Source of the DNA: a virus
Lineage: Duplodnaviria > Caudoviricetes
Reading direction: 5' to 3' (one strand)
Length of the DNA: 44,284 nt
IMG/VR virus record: IMGVR_UViG_3300029290_000003
Span: 1-44,284 of that record
Shown here: positions 6,959-17,229 of the stretch, one piece after another
Layout: each line of letters begins with the position of its first letter
Position numbering within the stretch: the stretch's first letter is position 1
The notes under the pieces: model-generated
The model's input: only the letters and a program-made list of their open reading frames with translations
The model's database searches: none
What the model was told of the DNA's origin: nothing
Made by a program: the position numbers and the translations under genes

Positions 6959-9900
6959 TTAAATAAAACTAGCGCCAATTATAATTACCCGGTCCTTATA
7001 ATTAACTGTGCCATCTAGAGAAACATAGACTTTCCCGTCCGTATCGTCATAAGAAAAAACATTGCCATAAATTTCGGCATTGTTATCTTCCCATACAGTT
7101 TCCCATGTGTAGCCGTTCGATGAAGCAATCACAAATGATTTCGCATCAACATCACCTGTTTGCTGAGAATCTTTGCCAAATGACATGAACTTCACGGGAC
7201 TTGTTTGTCTTGCCCACGTACTGCGAGCAAAACTTAACAATACGTTCTTGTTCGCATAGTTCTTCACAACCTCATGAACCATTGCATCACCATCATAAGT
7301 GATAACCCCAACCCCATTAAGGCTTGAATCATCACTACCGAAAGCTATACATCCGTCAAATGGCAGGCCCATAATCATTTGCGATTTAGCACCAGCATCA
7401 ACAGTTGTTGAGCGTTTATGAGTCCATGATTGGCCTAAATCACGCGACCAGAAGAATGAAGCATTATCTAGCGCCGTTGCACCATCGCCTGTCACAATCC
7501 AAACTACATTTTGCTTTGGGTCATATGTCACAGCGTGAATATGTGCCTGAGCTTGATTGTAATTTGTAATGTTTGAAGCGTTGATTACTCGTGACCAGTC
7601 AGTGCCAGTAAAGTCAAAGCACTTGGTGAATGTGTAGCCGTTATCTAACGACACATAACATTTTTGCCCGCCTGTAGTTCCACGTACACCATTCACACCA
7701 CTGTCATAGTCAGAAACAAACATAACGTTTTGGTAATGACTCAAGCACCAATCTTTAACAACATTCACACCGGCACCAAATGTATACCGAGTTCCGGTCG
7801 ATCCATTGAAATTGAATGTTCTCAATGATGTTTGAGAATTTTCAGATATAAGGATTGATTTATTTCCACCGATTACAGCAATGATGAACAGCTCATCATC
7901 GTAAGTTAGACGTGCTTGGAAAATACTATCAACTGTTAAAGCTTCTTTCGTAAAAACTTCTGAACGATTAGGAATAGAGTAGAATTTATTAGCACTTACA
8001 TCGAATACCACAAAGTCTGCTGCACTCGCTGAGCCAACTTCTGTCCACGTTTGTTTCATTGGATGAGGCGCTTTAAAAATTACATCGTTATTCACAAAGT
8101 AAAAAATATCGTCCGCATCAATGATTTCTAGACGTGTTCGCTTTTGCTTGTAATAAAAGTCATAAGCCTTCGATTTTGATCTACGTGCTAGCAACCTAGG
8201 TGGACTATTTGAACAAACAATTTCCGATTTACTAGTAAGCGTTGGCTTAGTTGATTTAAATAGATTACCACCCACCGCAAAAACATCTTTAGCCCCTAAA
8301 TTCACCGCCTCTTTTAAAGATGTGTATTTAGTAAGACCACCTGTTGCAGAGAATCGCTCTTTCGATGCTCTACGCAACTTTTTAATATCAAAACCTTTAG
8401 TTGCATAAGTAAAGGAAGTGTTATTGAAAAAGTAAGGGGAGTAATTGTTGTTGTAATCAGTTCGATATTTTAGCCATGTAAAGTCAAAATCTATTTGTGC
8501 TTCAAGCGGATGATTGTTGATGCGCGTAGCATCAATTGTCACCAGACCTTTGATGTCAGTTAAGTTGTCGAACTCGATATAACCGCTATATACCGCAAGG
8601 CCGCCTGTAACCACCTGATCAACAGATGTCATCTTCTTAATCTGATAGGTTAGTCGGTACTTGTTGTTTGTAAGCGTCCAGTTAAGTACAGCTGGTAGAT
8701 AATAGTCTGTATCGGCTATGTCACCTTTAATGTATAGCTTAAAGGCACGATTTACTTGATCCCATGGGACATGAAATGTGCCTGTATCTACAAACTGACC
8801 AGTGTATCTCTGGAAAACTGTATTGTTTAAAGCAGTGATTTTGATTTTAGATCGCGTTATACCACGTGTATTGTAAGTGGCATTATCGCCCAAAACAGCT
8901 GCACCTGTGTTATCTGGTACATAGTTGTTTAGGTCCACAATAGCTTGACCTTGGTCAAAATAAATTGTGGCGGTCTTGTTGTTTTCGATCACCCCAGTTC
9001 CTGCAGCCCAGAGTGTTCCCTTACTGGTTTTATCAGCAGATTGGTAGATTTGAAGGTTGATCAAACCGCCTGAGCCATAGAACAAGCCCGCAGCGTTTAG
9101 ATACCCCGTTGGAAGATCCTTGAAGAACTCAATTTCTTGAATGGTTGCATTTAACAGCTTATTTTTAGCTACATCCGTACCAACTACCAAGCTTAGATCA
9201 TCCACTCGGACGATTTGTGCAGCAACATCTGTTTTGATTTGCTTAATGGTAGAGTATTGACCATTGAGATCTTTAATTGCTCTTGAAAAGAACAGTCGAT
9301 CACTAGCAATGTAATCTGCTACAAGCAAATCGCTTTGTTGCAACTTATCAAAATCAATTGTTATTGTTCCGCCAATTTCAGCTGCTGTATTGCCATAAGG
9401 TGTAAGCGTTAAAGTCTGAATCCCTGAAAAGGTCACAACCCCACTGAATCGTGAAACATATTTTGTATTGCTTGCGGCTGTCATTGATTCATTCAAGGCG
9501 TCTGGTCGTGCCAAGATGATAGTTAGTGTGCTTGTGGCAGCTACATACGAGAATGCTGCCGCAGTAATGAGCTTACCGTTGTGATCCCCATAAAGTGAAA
9601 GGTCTTTAAAAGCTTTATTTATGCGTAATTGCGTACTATTAACCAAAGGATTTGCATTAGTAAAGATCAGACCATATTTAACATCAAAATATGACATTGC
9701 TTGGTCAAACTGGCTCAAGCCTTCATTAATCCATGTTGTACCATTCCATAGATACATTTTCTTGGTATCAAAGGCATATCCAACAGACGGATTTACAGTA
9801 GGAACTGTGGCAAGTAAGGCTGCTTCAGTCTGATAGGCTTTCCATCCACCTGTTTGCATTAAAATTCTTACAAGTTTTGCAAGTGAAGGATATTGCTGTC

Positions 9901-10009
9901 CCAGCCGGGTTAGCACATCCGCCATGTCATCGCCACTGATAAAAACCTCTAAGCTATCCGCATCAAGCGAGGCGTTTTCCAACTGTTCCCGAGTAATGAT
10001 ATCGCCCAT
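6959..10009 (-). CDS. tailspike / receptor-binding protein with a C-terminal Asp-box (BNR) beta-propeller
   Basis: follows the J-like gene; Asp boxes YVSLDNGYTF, FWSRDLGQSW and ASSNGYTW. Confidence 0.8.
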   Translation of the reverse strand: MGDIITREQLENASLDADSLEVFISGDDMADVLTRLGQQYPSLAKLVRILMQTGGWKAYQTEAALLATVPTVNPSVGYAFDTKKMYLWNGTTWINEGLSQFDQAMSYFDVKYGLIFTNANPLVNSTQLRINKAFKDLSLYGDHNGKLITAAAFSYVAATSTLTIILARPDALNESMTAASNTKYVSRFSGVVTFSGIQTLTLTPYGNTAAEIGGTITIDFDKLQQSDLLVADYIASDRLFFSRAIKDLNGQYSTIKQIKTDVAAQIVRVDDLSLVVGTDVAKNKLLNATIQEIEFFKDLPTGYLNAAGLFYGSGGLINLQIYQSADKTSKGTLWAAGTGVIENNKTATIYFDQGQAIVDLNNYVPDNTGAAVLGDNATYNTRGITRSKIKITALNNTVFQRYTGQFVDTGTFHVPWDQVNRAFKLYIKGDIADTDYYLPAVLNWTLTNNKYRLTYQIKKMTSVDQVVTGGLAVYSGYIEFDNLTDIKGLVTIDATRINNHPLEAQIDFDFTWLKYRTDYNNNYSPYFFNNTSFTYATKGFDIKKLRRASKERFSATGGLTKYTSLKEAVNLGAKDVFAVGGNLFKSTKPTLTSKSEIVCSNSPPRLLARRSKSKAYDFYYKQKRTRLEIIDADDIFYFVNNDVIFKAPHPMKQTWTEVGSASAADFVVFDVSANKFYSIPNRSEVFTKEALTVDSIFQARLTYDDELFIIAVIGGNKSILISENSQTSLRTFNFNGSTGTRYTFGAGVNVVKDWCLSHYQNVMFVSDYDSGVNGVRGTTGGQKCYVSLDNGYTFTKCFDFTGTDWSRVINASNITNYNQAQAHIHAVTYDPKQNVVWIVTGDGATALDNASFFWSRDLGQSWTHKRSTTVDAGAKSQMIMGLPFDGCIAFGSDDSSLNGVGVITYDGDAMVHEVVKNYANKNVLLSFARSTWARQTSPVKFMSFGKDSQQTGDVDAKSFVIASSNGYTWETVWEDNNAEIYGNVFSYDDTDGKVYVSLDGTVNYKDRVIIIGASFI

Positions 10010-10026
10010 TACTTTTCTCCAAGCAT

Positions 10027-10051
10027 AAAAAAAGCCCCGATAAAGGGGCTT
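10027..10051 (-). terminator. intrinsic terminator between the J-like gene and the tailspike
   Basis: AAGCCCC stem plus U tract. Confidence 0.75.
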
Positions 10052-10068
10052 GGATTTCTGTTAATTAA

Positions 10069-12891
10069 TTAAATAAAGTCATGGTCACGCTCATAGAATC
10101 GGACATCGTAGTTAGAAGCCTTAAGCGTATTCGTCATTTGAGTTTGAGGGGTAAGTTCTTCAAGCATGAATGCCTGTGCTTCGGTTTGATCAGCGCGAAC
10201 TAATGTGTAGAGTGTTTTAACGTATCGATCGTCGCTTACAACGAGTGGCTGTACTGGTGGTCGGCTAAGCACTACATGGTATTTATCAGCACCCGCTGTA
10301 CATGGCACCACATCTACAGTGGCATTCGATATTTGCAAGTGAATAAAGTAATCACTACCTACATCAAATGTGCATGGCTGCGATGTTTGGATAATCAATC
10401 CGTCCACTGCTTCAACCTCACCGTCTTGTGTGTCAACAACTGTGTTGTCAGCATTGAGGATTCGGTCATTACGAATCAACAATTCTGACTCGTCCAGAAC
10501 TTCCACTTCACAAGACATGTACTTGTAGCGAAGCTTATTCCACTCACGCCACGCTCTTACTTTCGCTTGAGCTTCATTACGAATACCAGTTGTAGTAATC
10601 TTCAACGGATTCTTAGGCGTAATATCTTCAGGAATAATGTACTTAATGCGGGCATCATCTTCATCTGAAGTATATTCAAGCTCTACACCGTCATAGTCTT
10701 TCTGCACACCAAATGTATAAGACCTTTTTTCAGTTAAAGGCACTTTATTTCGATGATTGAAAAGTAAAACAGCATTCTCTTGCGGCTGCTCAAACTTGAG
10801 ACGAGTTAGACTACCGAAACGATAAGGCTCACAGAAAGCAGAACTAGCCACCATCCCCGCGATTTCTTCAAAGCTTAGATTTTCGTCATCAATGGTGTAA
10901 TTGAACTCCGACATAAGGTCTGAACCAAAATAAGCATTAACTTTGGCAATCTCAGCATTGATTTGTGCAATGTCTACTTCTGCGCTAGTTCGGCGGCCAA
11001 TGTGCTCATCCAAAGCCAGATTTATCAGCGCTTGCCCTGCTGAACGTGTAACCTGTAAAGGACCTGTACCATCAAGTGGAAGTTTTCGATTCACTAAACA
11101 ATTAAGCTTGCGCTCTTTAATTGAGAGCGCACCATCAGTTGCCACTGTACGTGAACGCAATACAGTCACATTGCCATAGTCGCTAATCGTTGAGTCAGCC
11201 ATGCCATACACAGACTTAATCTTGCATGTGTCTTGCGTCTTACCTGCTTGAGTTGCTGTTGTTCGGCTCAAACGGAATCGGAAAGAACCGGCTGTAGGTA
11301 AATCAATATAGATCGTTTTACCAAACTGTGATTTGTTATTAGCTCGAATCTCTTGATTAATGGTTGTGATAGATCCAACTGGATCACCATTATTATCAAT
11401 AGCCTGTAACTCAATAATTACTGTAATTTTTTCTTCCCACACACCGCCTTTACTGTCTTGATAAAAAAGGCCATTTGGAAAGAAGAAGTTAAATACAGCT
11501 TGTGTTGCCTCCGGCATGTCGAAGTTAAACCAACCGACATACTTAGAACTTACAGCATCGAAACGGACTAAAACCTCTTGTCCTTGTGTGCTTTGGTTTG
11601 GAAGTGTCAGCAACTTATCCCAATCGCTGTTAATGGCTGAAGGATTAACTAAAGCAATCGTATCGGCTGTAACACTGTTAATTGTGTAGGTGTCATCCAG
11701 AGAAATAGAGTTAGCATTTCTATTCAGCACCACATCAGAATTTAAGGTGTAGGTTCCATTAACCTTATTCCAGTTTGAATTCACCAACTCAGGATTTGAA
11801 AGGATAATCTCATAGTGGAAACCACCACTAATAAAGGTTTTCGTAACACTAGAAACTTCAAATTGGCCTGAAATAACTGTTGGCTCTGTTTCGGTTACTG
11901 GCGGTGACCCAGAAGTAGTTTCGATGTTTACTACCGCCCCCGAAAGTTGCAACCCCTTAAATAGATTTGGGTTATCTATATTTACCGATGATTCAATAAT
12001 GACAGTATCACTATCATTCACCATGATGGAGCCGCTTAAGTTTACATCCTCAATGCCGTAGACTGCGCCACTCAATGCAACTCGGTCAGTCGCTGCGAAG
12101 TATTGGGTAAAGTCTAAGCCTGTTGCCTTAATTAAGTTAGGGCTTTGGAACCACACATTACTCGACTCGAGAACTGCGCTATTAGGCAATTCGATAGTTT
12201 GGCCATTGATAGATGCAGAGTTGCGTACGAACTTCGGTAGTTCTGTGAATGCCTCACCTACTTGATAAATCGGTGTTCCAATAATCGAAGTAAATGGGTC
12301 ATAAGCTGAAACCGAAGTTCCTGCAATGTTTGCTACATCAGTGTCACCGTCTCGCATATCTAATATTTGACAATAACCGCGCGTAACTGCCATCAAGCAT
12401 TCTTCAATCTCTATGCCATCTTTATAAATAGTGTAGGTTTGTGCGATTAGATCCGGATAAGAGCGAACTCGACCGAAAATATCAGGTATACGGCCATTTA
12501 ATCGCGCTTGGTTTGAGCGTTGAGATAATTCATTGTTTGATGAGCCAACTGTAGGCGACTGCGGCTTAGGCATTGTCAAGACAGTGTAAAGACTGTATGC
12601 CGCTGTGATTGCAACGATTGCATAGTAAAGGAACTGCAACCAAGCAGGCTCGATCACTACATAAAATGTGCCTTCCAAAGTTTGAATATGCTCAAGTTGG
12701 GCATTAATCCTTTTTGGATGGTTAGGAGTGACATCGCAAGTTTCAGCCATTTGGTCGTGATAAATCTTTGCATTCTCAGGCCACACATCAAACTGTTGGT
12801 AGATATAGGCTAGAACATCTTCAACTTTTGCCTCTGACCATGTAGACCGATCATAAACATCAGGAACGATGATGACTTTTTTCAAACTCAT
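10069..12891 (-). CDS. tail tip / host specificity protein (lambda J-like)
   Basis: NQARLNGRIPDIFGRVRSYPDL and final ASNYDVRFY motifs; size and synteny. Confidence 0.85.
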   Translation of the reverse strand: MSLKKVIIVPDVYDRSTWSEAKVEDVLAYIYQQFDVWPENAKIYHDQMAETCDVTPNHPKRINAQLEHIQTLEGTFYVVIEPAWLQFLYYAIVAITAAYSLYTVLTMPKPQSPTVGSSNNELSQRSNQARLNGRIPDIFGRVRSYPDLIAQTYTIYKDGIEIEECLMAVTRGYCQILDMRDGDTDVANIAGTSVSAYDPFTSIIGTPIYQVGEAFTELPKFVRNSASINGQTIELPNSAVLESSNVWFQSPNLIKATGLDFTQYFAATDRVALSGAVYGIEDVNLSGSIMVNDSDTVIIESSVNIDNPNLFKGLQLSGAVVNIETTSGSPPVTETEPTVISGQFEVSSVTKTFISGGFHYEIILSNPELVNSNWNKVNGTYTLNSDVVLNRNANSISLDDTYTINSVTADTIALVNPSAINSDWDKLLTLPNQSTQGQEVLVRFDAVSSKYVGWFNFDMPEATQAVFNFFFPNGLFYQDSKGGVWEEKITVIIELQAIDNNGDPVGSITTINQEIRANNKSQFGKTIYIDLPTAGSFRFRLSRTTATQAGKTQDTCKIKSVYGMADSTISDYGNVTVLRSRTVATDGALSIKERKLNCLVNRKLPLDGTGPLQVTRSAGQALINLALDEHIGRRTSAEVDIAQINAEIAKVNAYFGSDLMSEFNYTIDDENLSFEEIAGMVASSAFCEPYRFGSLTRLKFEQPQENAVLLFNHRNKVPLTEKRSYTFGVQKDYDGVELEYTSDEDDARIKYIIPEDITPKNPLKITTTGIRNEAQAKVRAWREWNKLRYKYMSCEVEVLDESELLIRNDRILNADNTVVDTQDGEVEAVDGLIIQTSQPCTFDVGSDYFIHLQISNATVDVVPCTAGADKYHVVLSRPPVQPLVVSDDRYVKTLYTLVRADQTEAQAFMLEELTPQTQMTNTLKASNYDVRFYERDHDFI

Positions 12892-13208
12892 TTATAAAAC
12901 CTCGTTTCCCGAAAGTTCATGGAAATAATTTCAAGTGGTATGAACTGGACACCACGGCCTGTTAAATGCAAAACCTTGTCGCAATAAAAAAGCCCAACAT
13001 GTGTTGAGCTTCTTGGGCCATTTGAGAAAAAGGCAATGCAGGGCGATTCGGGAACCTCTAACTCTTTGAATGTGCCTTTGCCATTTAGGAAAGCCATTAA
13101 TCTTTTCTTAAGTTTCTCACCTGTAACAGCCTCCCATGCTTCACAAAGAAAATCGTTGCAGGTGTAGTCTTTCGTCCAGACTCGATTATGGAGATGGTCT
13201 AGGTTCAT
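12888..13208 (-). CDS. NlpC/P60-like tail assembly protein (lambda K-like)
   Basis: YTCNDF...THVGLF...VLH motif pattern; synteny. Confidence 0.75.
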   Translation of the reverse strand: MNLDHLHNRVWTKDYTCNDFLCEAWEAVTGEKLKKRLMAFLNGKGTFKELEVPESPCIAFFSNGPRSSTHVGLFYCDKVLHLTGRGVQFIPLEIISMNFRETRFYK

Positions 13209-13548
13209 TTGCTATCATCTCAATAACTTGCTTTATGGTTGGGAGGTGCTTGCCATTTTGGACCACTGTAACATTGGCGTCACTTAACAGTGCATTTAAT
13301 TGCATTAGTTCAGCCCAATTTTTAGGCAGATCACTTACATCGAGAACTAATTTATTTCCTGTTAGCTCGCTATCTACAAGCTGTTCTTCAATTTGCTTAA
13401 TTCTTTCACGAACATTTTTATCCAACTTAATATCTGGTTCATTTTTGAATGTTGGTTCAATTTTGATACTGGGCTCAAGCTTATTTTTGGTAGTTGGAGA
13501 AATTTTAAAAAATATCAAAGCTATGGCACATATAATTACAGCAATCAT
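13186..13548 (-). CDS. hypothetical membrane-anchored protein inserted in the tail operon
   Basis: N-terminal hydrophobic helix; AAGGAG RBS. Confidence 0.65.
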   Translation of the reverse strand: MIAVIICAIALIFFKISPTTKNKLEPSIKIEPTFKNEPDIKLDKNVRERIKQIEEQLVDSELTGNKLVLDVSDLPKNWAELMQLNALLSDANVTVVQNGKHLPTIKQVIEMIANEPRPSP

Positions 13549-13562
13549 TTTTATCTCCTTGC

Positions 13563-14069
13563 TTAAATCATGCCTCGCAACAATGGGAATCTTTCTAGAG
13601 AATAGATTTCACCAGTCTTTACACTATTAAGCTCAGGTGCCTGAGCATCAAAAGTGCAGTTCCCTGAATTGTCTTTCGATAAAGTGGCAATCTCTAAGGT
13701 CTGCAATGAAACCATTGGAGCTGTTAAATCATCATCACGGTAAAGACGCCACCTAACAGAAGGTCGTACTTTCCAATTAGTGCCTAACCGAGCAGATACA
13801 ACCGATTTGATTAGTTCATCATCAACATCGGCAATCGTTAGGTTTAGCTTCTGGTCTAAGTCATTCGTAACTGTAGAGCGCTGAATAGACATTGCTTGAT
13901 AAGTATATGAAATATCAGGCCCTGTTGTTTCATGCTTAACTACCACACCTTCAGTATCGTTTTTCACAAAACGAAATGGCGCTGTAAAGTCTGGATGACT
14001 AATCTCAACGCATTCCAATGGCACTACACCACTGCTTGAGTTTAGAAAGAAGGTTGTATAGTCAGGCAT
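13563..14069 (-). CDS. DUF1833-like minor tail protein (L-like)
   Basis: LECVEISHPDF...GEIYSLERFPLL; synteny. Confidence 0.75.
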   Translation of the reverse strand: MPDYTTFFLNSSSGVVPLECVEISHPDFTAPFRFVKNDTEGVVVKHETTGPDISYTYQAMSIQRSTVTNDLDQKLNLTIADVDDELIKSVVSARLGTNWKVRPSVRWRLYRDDDLTAPMVSLQTLEIATLSKDNSGNCTFDAQAPELNSVKTGEIYSLERFPLLRGMI

Positions 14070-14552
14070 CTAAATATCCTCCATCGCAGCAGGTAAGTCT
14101 TCATTTACCAGTTCTTCTAATGGATTTACCCAATCCCATAGATCATCACTACCGCCTTCATTGCCAATCTCAACAATTAGATCATCCATTCCTTCATCTT
14201 CTGGCTGAGGCTTAACTTCAAACTGTGCTGTAACAGTGAAAACTTTGCCTTCTTTTGCAGACAATGTAGGGCTTTCAATGAAGTAACACTGATAGTCCTG
14301 AACTTCACCGTCATCAATGATTAAACGTGCAATAAATGGTTGGCTTGGTGTGCGTCGCCAAACTCGATAAAAGGCCATCAGATATTGATAGCCACCTTCG
14401 CCCACAACCCACTGAACATTAGCCGTGTGAGAAACATTCTTTAAAGATCGACGGTAGCGACTAGCACCACCGTCTAATCTTTGAGAAATTACACCATCAC
14501 CAACTTTTGCAGTGTAACCACTCTGCGTCACGCAGTATTTAAGCCTGTTCAT
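14070..14552 (-). CDS. distal / minor tail protein (M-like)
   Basis: directly after the tape measure gene; DGGASRYRR motif. Confidence 0.7.
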   Translation of the reverse strand: MNRLKYCVTQSGYTAKVGDGVISQRLDGGASRYRRSLKNVSHTANVQWVVGEGGYQYLMAFYRVWRRTPSQPFIARLIIDDGEVQDYQCYFIESPTLSAKEGKVFTVTAQFEVKPQPEDEGMDDLIVEIGNEGGSDDLWDWVNPLEELVNEDLPAAMEDI

Positions 14553-14554
14553 GC

Positions 14555-17176
14555 TTATCGTCTCCGTTGTGCATTGTAGTTTTGCTGCATAGTTTTCGAG
14601 ATTCGGCTATTAGGATTTGCCAATTGGTTAGATACAGTTTGCTCGGCAATTTGTTGAATACGGATATCCAATGAACCATCGTCGTTTTGCGTTGCAGTAG
14701 CAGTTTGTCCTGGCAATGTGTAGACGTTGACGGTTGGGCCATCACCACTAACACTCCCTAAACTTCCACCACTATTGAGAGCATTAAGAGTATCAACACC
14801 TATTCGTTTTGTAGCTGACGCATTGAGTACATACTCTTGCCCATGTACAACCCCAGCAATATCACGTGTTCCCATATTGCCAGTGTAGCCACCAGTAGCG
14901 AATCCAGCAGCAACACTTTGAATATTCGAGATGATACTTGCTGTTTGTGCTGCCACCGTTGCTGCGGCACTTAAGTTGGCTGGGAACGGAAGTGACATAG
15001 CATTGGCAATCCCCGTTTGAATAGCAACAATTGATTGCGCGATGGCGAATGCCTTTTCTACTGCAAACATGGCTTTGTAGGCAGATGATTGCTCTCCACT
15101 CATGGTTTTAAACATATCGGAAAAAGAACCCGCAATTGCTTGTCCAGAACCAAGAGCTAACGCAGCTCGATCAGCATGGAAGCGTTGTTCGCTCTCCAAC
15201 ATCTTTTGCTGATATTCTTCTTGCGTTATTAGTTGCCATTCAAATGCTTCTTTAATAGCTTCGCCACGTCTAGTTGCCTCTTCTTCAGCAGAAGTATCAA
15301 CACCTGTGGCATCCTGATAATTCATCCAAGCTTGACGACGGCTATCATCGTTCTCAAGGTCTTGAGTTTTATATGAGGCGCCTATAAGAAAGTTCTTCTC
15401 ATCACCAGTTAAACTATTGTTTAAGCGTATTTGCTCACGCTCAAATTCATACTTGGCGCTGATGTTCTGCATGTCAGTTTGGAATGCAGATTGAGCATCA
15501 TTCAGCCGTTGAGCAGATTCAAGGCGCATCCAAGATAACTCTTGTTGATGCTTATCTTTAGCTGCTCTGTAGAATGCCTCCTTATCCTTATCAGTAATAT
15601 CGGTGCGTGCTGCGATTTCCTTCTTAGCCAACTCATATTGGAAGTTAATTTTTTCTTCTTCAGTAAGTCGATATTCTGTCAGTTCGAAAGCAAGCTTTGC
15701 TAAATAAAGATCCTTTTCAGTTTCATAACGTGCTTTTGCAGTCTGTAGAAAAAGTTTCTCCTGCTCACCTGAAAAAGCAAAACGAATATCCTTGAGCTGT
15801 TTTTCATAATCAAGTTGCAACTGATATTCGCGATCAGCAAATTCATAAATCATTCCTTCACGTATTCGCTTTTGCTCTTCAAGTGTTCTATTTAACTCTT
15901 CTTGTGCTTTTGCAGCAGCTTTTGTTGCATCTGAAACTTTGTTCTGCTTATCAAGCCAATCTTGAGCGCCTTTTGTGGCAGCTGTATTGGTTTTATTTGC
16001 TTGTGCCATTAAGTCTGCAAGTTTTGCTGTAGACTTTGACACTGAATCATCAAAGATCTTGTCAGTAGTTTTGCTTAAGTCTTCAATTACAGATAAGTTA
16101 TCCCGATAAGCCATTTTGATGTAGCTGTTTTCCGCTCCTGAAGTAGCGCCTGCTGTAATAAAACTTTTTGCAATTTGCACTCCAGGCAACTTATCAAACC
16201 AACTACTTTGCTGTGCTGCTTGGTTAGTTAATTTAAAAGAATCTAATGCTTGGTTGGTTACACCTGCAATGCTATTTGCAACCAGATTCAGCGCTGCCCA
16301 TACCCCATAAGCAATTGTTGCAACACCTTTCAAAGAGTTTGCTAGCACTTCACCAGCATCTGCCATTCCACGAGCTTTCTTATCCCCATCGCTTAAAGCA
16401 TCTGAGATATTAACTAAAGCAGGAATAACCGAACTTAAAATCTGTCTTTTAAGGCCTTCATATTGCATATCCAACATTTTAGTCTGGACTTGAAGCTCTC
16501 TAGATGCCTTCAGAGTTTTCTCATCCATGATGATGCCAGCGCGTTCAGCAGCTTCACCCCATAAACGCATACCTTCGGCATTGTTCTTTAGCAAAGGTAG
16601 CAACAAGGTAGAGTCTGACGCCATACTTTCCATTAAGAATGACATTTGGTCTTGAGAAAGATTGGCTTCCTCCATTTTCTTAACAAATAAGCCCATTGAT
16701 TCAGGGCCTGATAGTTTAGAAAGCTCTTTAGCCAACTTCATGGCGCCATCTGCGCCTTTCTCGGTTTTAACCGCTACCTGCTCCATGAAGTCAACAAGCG
16801 GGCCAGACCCAGCAGTCAGGAAATCACCAAAGCGCTCATTCCAATCTTTCATGATATCGCTAAGCTTTTCAGCTTCGATACCCATCATTTGTGCACCAAC
16901 AGCCATTTTCTGGAATTCAGCTACTGATGTCTGACTTAGATATGCGAAGCGCTCTAATTCCGCATTATGCTTTGCCATTGTGTCGGCCATTGCAATTATG
17001 GCAGTTGTTGCTCCTGCAATAGCTGTAGCAGCAATGGTGCCATATGACGCAACGAAGCCCTTCATCTTAGTAAGACTACCTTTGAGCTGACCTTCTGCTT
17101 GCTTTAATGGCTCGGTGAATTTGCCAAGTCTGACAAGTAAATCAAGAGTTAATGTTCCTAGTTTAGTTGCCATCAC
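14555..17176 (-). CDS. tail tape measure protein
   Basis: 873 aa, Ala-rich helical; LGTLTLDL N-terminus and FATGGYTG...GVVHGQEYV near the C-terminus. Confidence 0.93.
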   Translation of the reverse strand: MMATKLGTLTLDLLVRLGKFTEPLKQAEGQLKGSLTKMKGFVASYGTIAATAIAGATTAIIAMADTMAKHNAELERFAYLSQTSVAEFQKMAVGAQMMGIEAEKLSDIMKDWNERFGDFLTAGSGPLVDFMEQVAVKTEKGADGAMKLAKELSKLSGPESMGLFVKKMEEANLSQDQMSFLMESMASDSTLLLPLLKNNAEGMRLWGEAAERAGIIMDEKTLKASRELQVQTKMLDMQYEGLKRQILSSVIPALVNISDALSDGDKKARGMADAGEVLANSLKGVATIAYGVWAALNLVANSIAGVTNQALDSFKLTNQAAQQSSWFDKLPGVQIAKSFITAGATSGAENSYIKMAYRDNLSVIEDLSKTTDKIFDDSVSKSTAKLADLMAQANKTNTAATKGAQDWLDKQNKVSDATKAAAKAQEELNRTLEEQKRIREGMIYEFADREYQLQLDYEKQLKDIRFAFSGEQEKLFLQTAKARYETEKDLYLAKLAFELTEYRLTEEEKINFQYELAKKEIAARTDITDKDKEAFYRAAKDKHQQELSWMRLESAQRLNDAQSAFQTDMQNISAKYEFEREQIRLNNSLTGDEKNFLIGASYKTQDLENDDSRRQAWMNYQDATGVDTSAEEEATRRGEAIKEAFEWQLITQEEYQQKMLESEQRFHADRAALALGSGQAIAGSFSDMFKTMSGEQSSAYKAMFAVEKAFAIAQSIVAIQTGIANAMSLPFPANLSAAATVAAQTASIISNIQSVAAGFATGGYTGNMGTRDIAGVVHGQEYVLNASATKRIGVDTLNALNSGGSLGSVSGDGPTVNVYTLPGQTATATQNDDGSLDIRIQQIAEQTVSNQLANPNSRISKTMQQNYNAQRRR

Positions 17177-17191
17177 TTTTCTCCAGCCAAT

Positions 17192-17213
17192 AAAAAACCC
17201 GCTTTCGCGGGTT
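17192..17213 (-). terminator. terminator closing the tail moron
   Basis: AACCCGC-GAAA-GCGGGTT plus U tract. Confidence 0.8.
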
Positions 17214-17229
17214 GGGTAGTTTTTAAGTT

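Noticed and set aside
13136-13630. 164-aa + strand ORF
   Set aside because: Antisense shadow of tail-operon genes; no RBS or recognisable motifs
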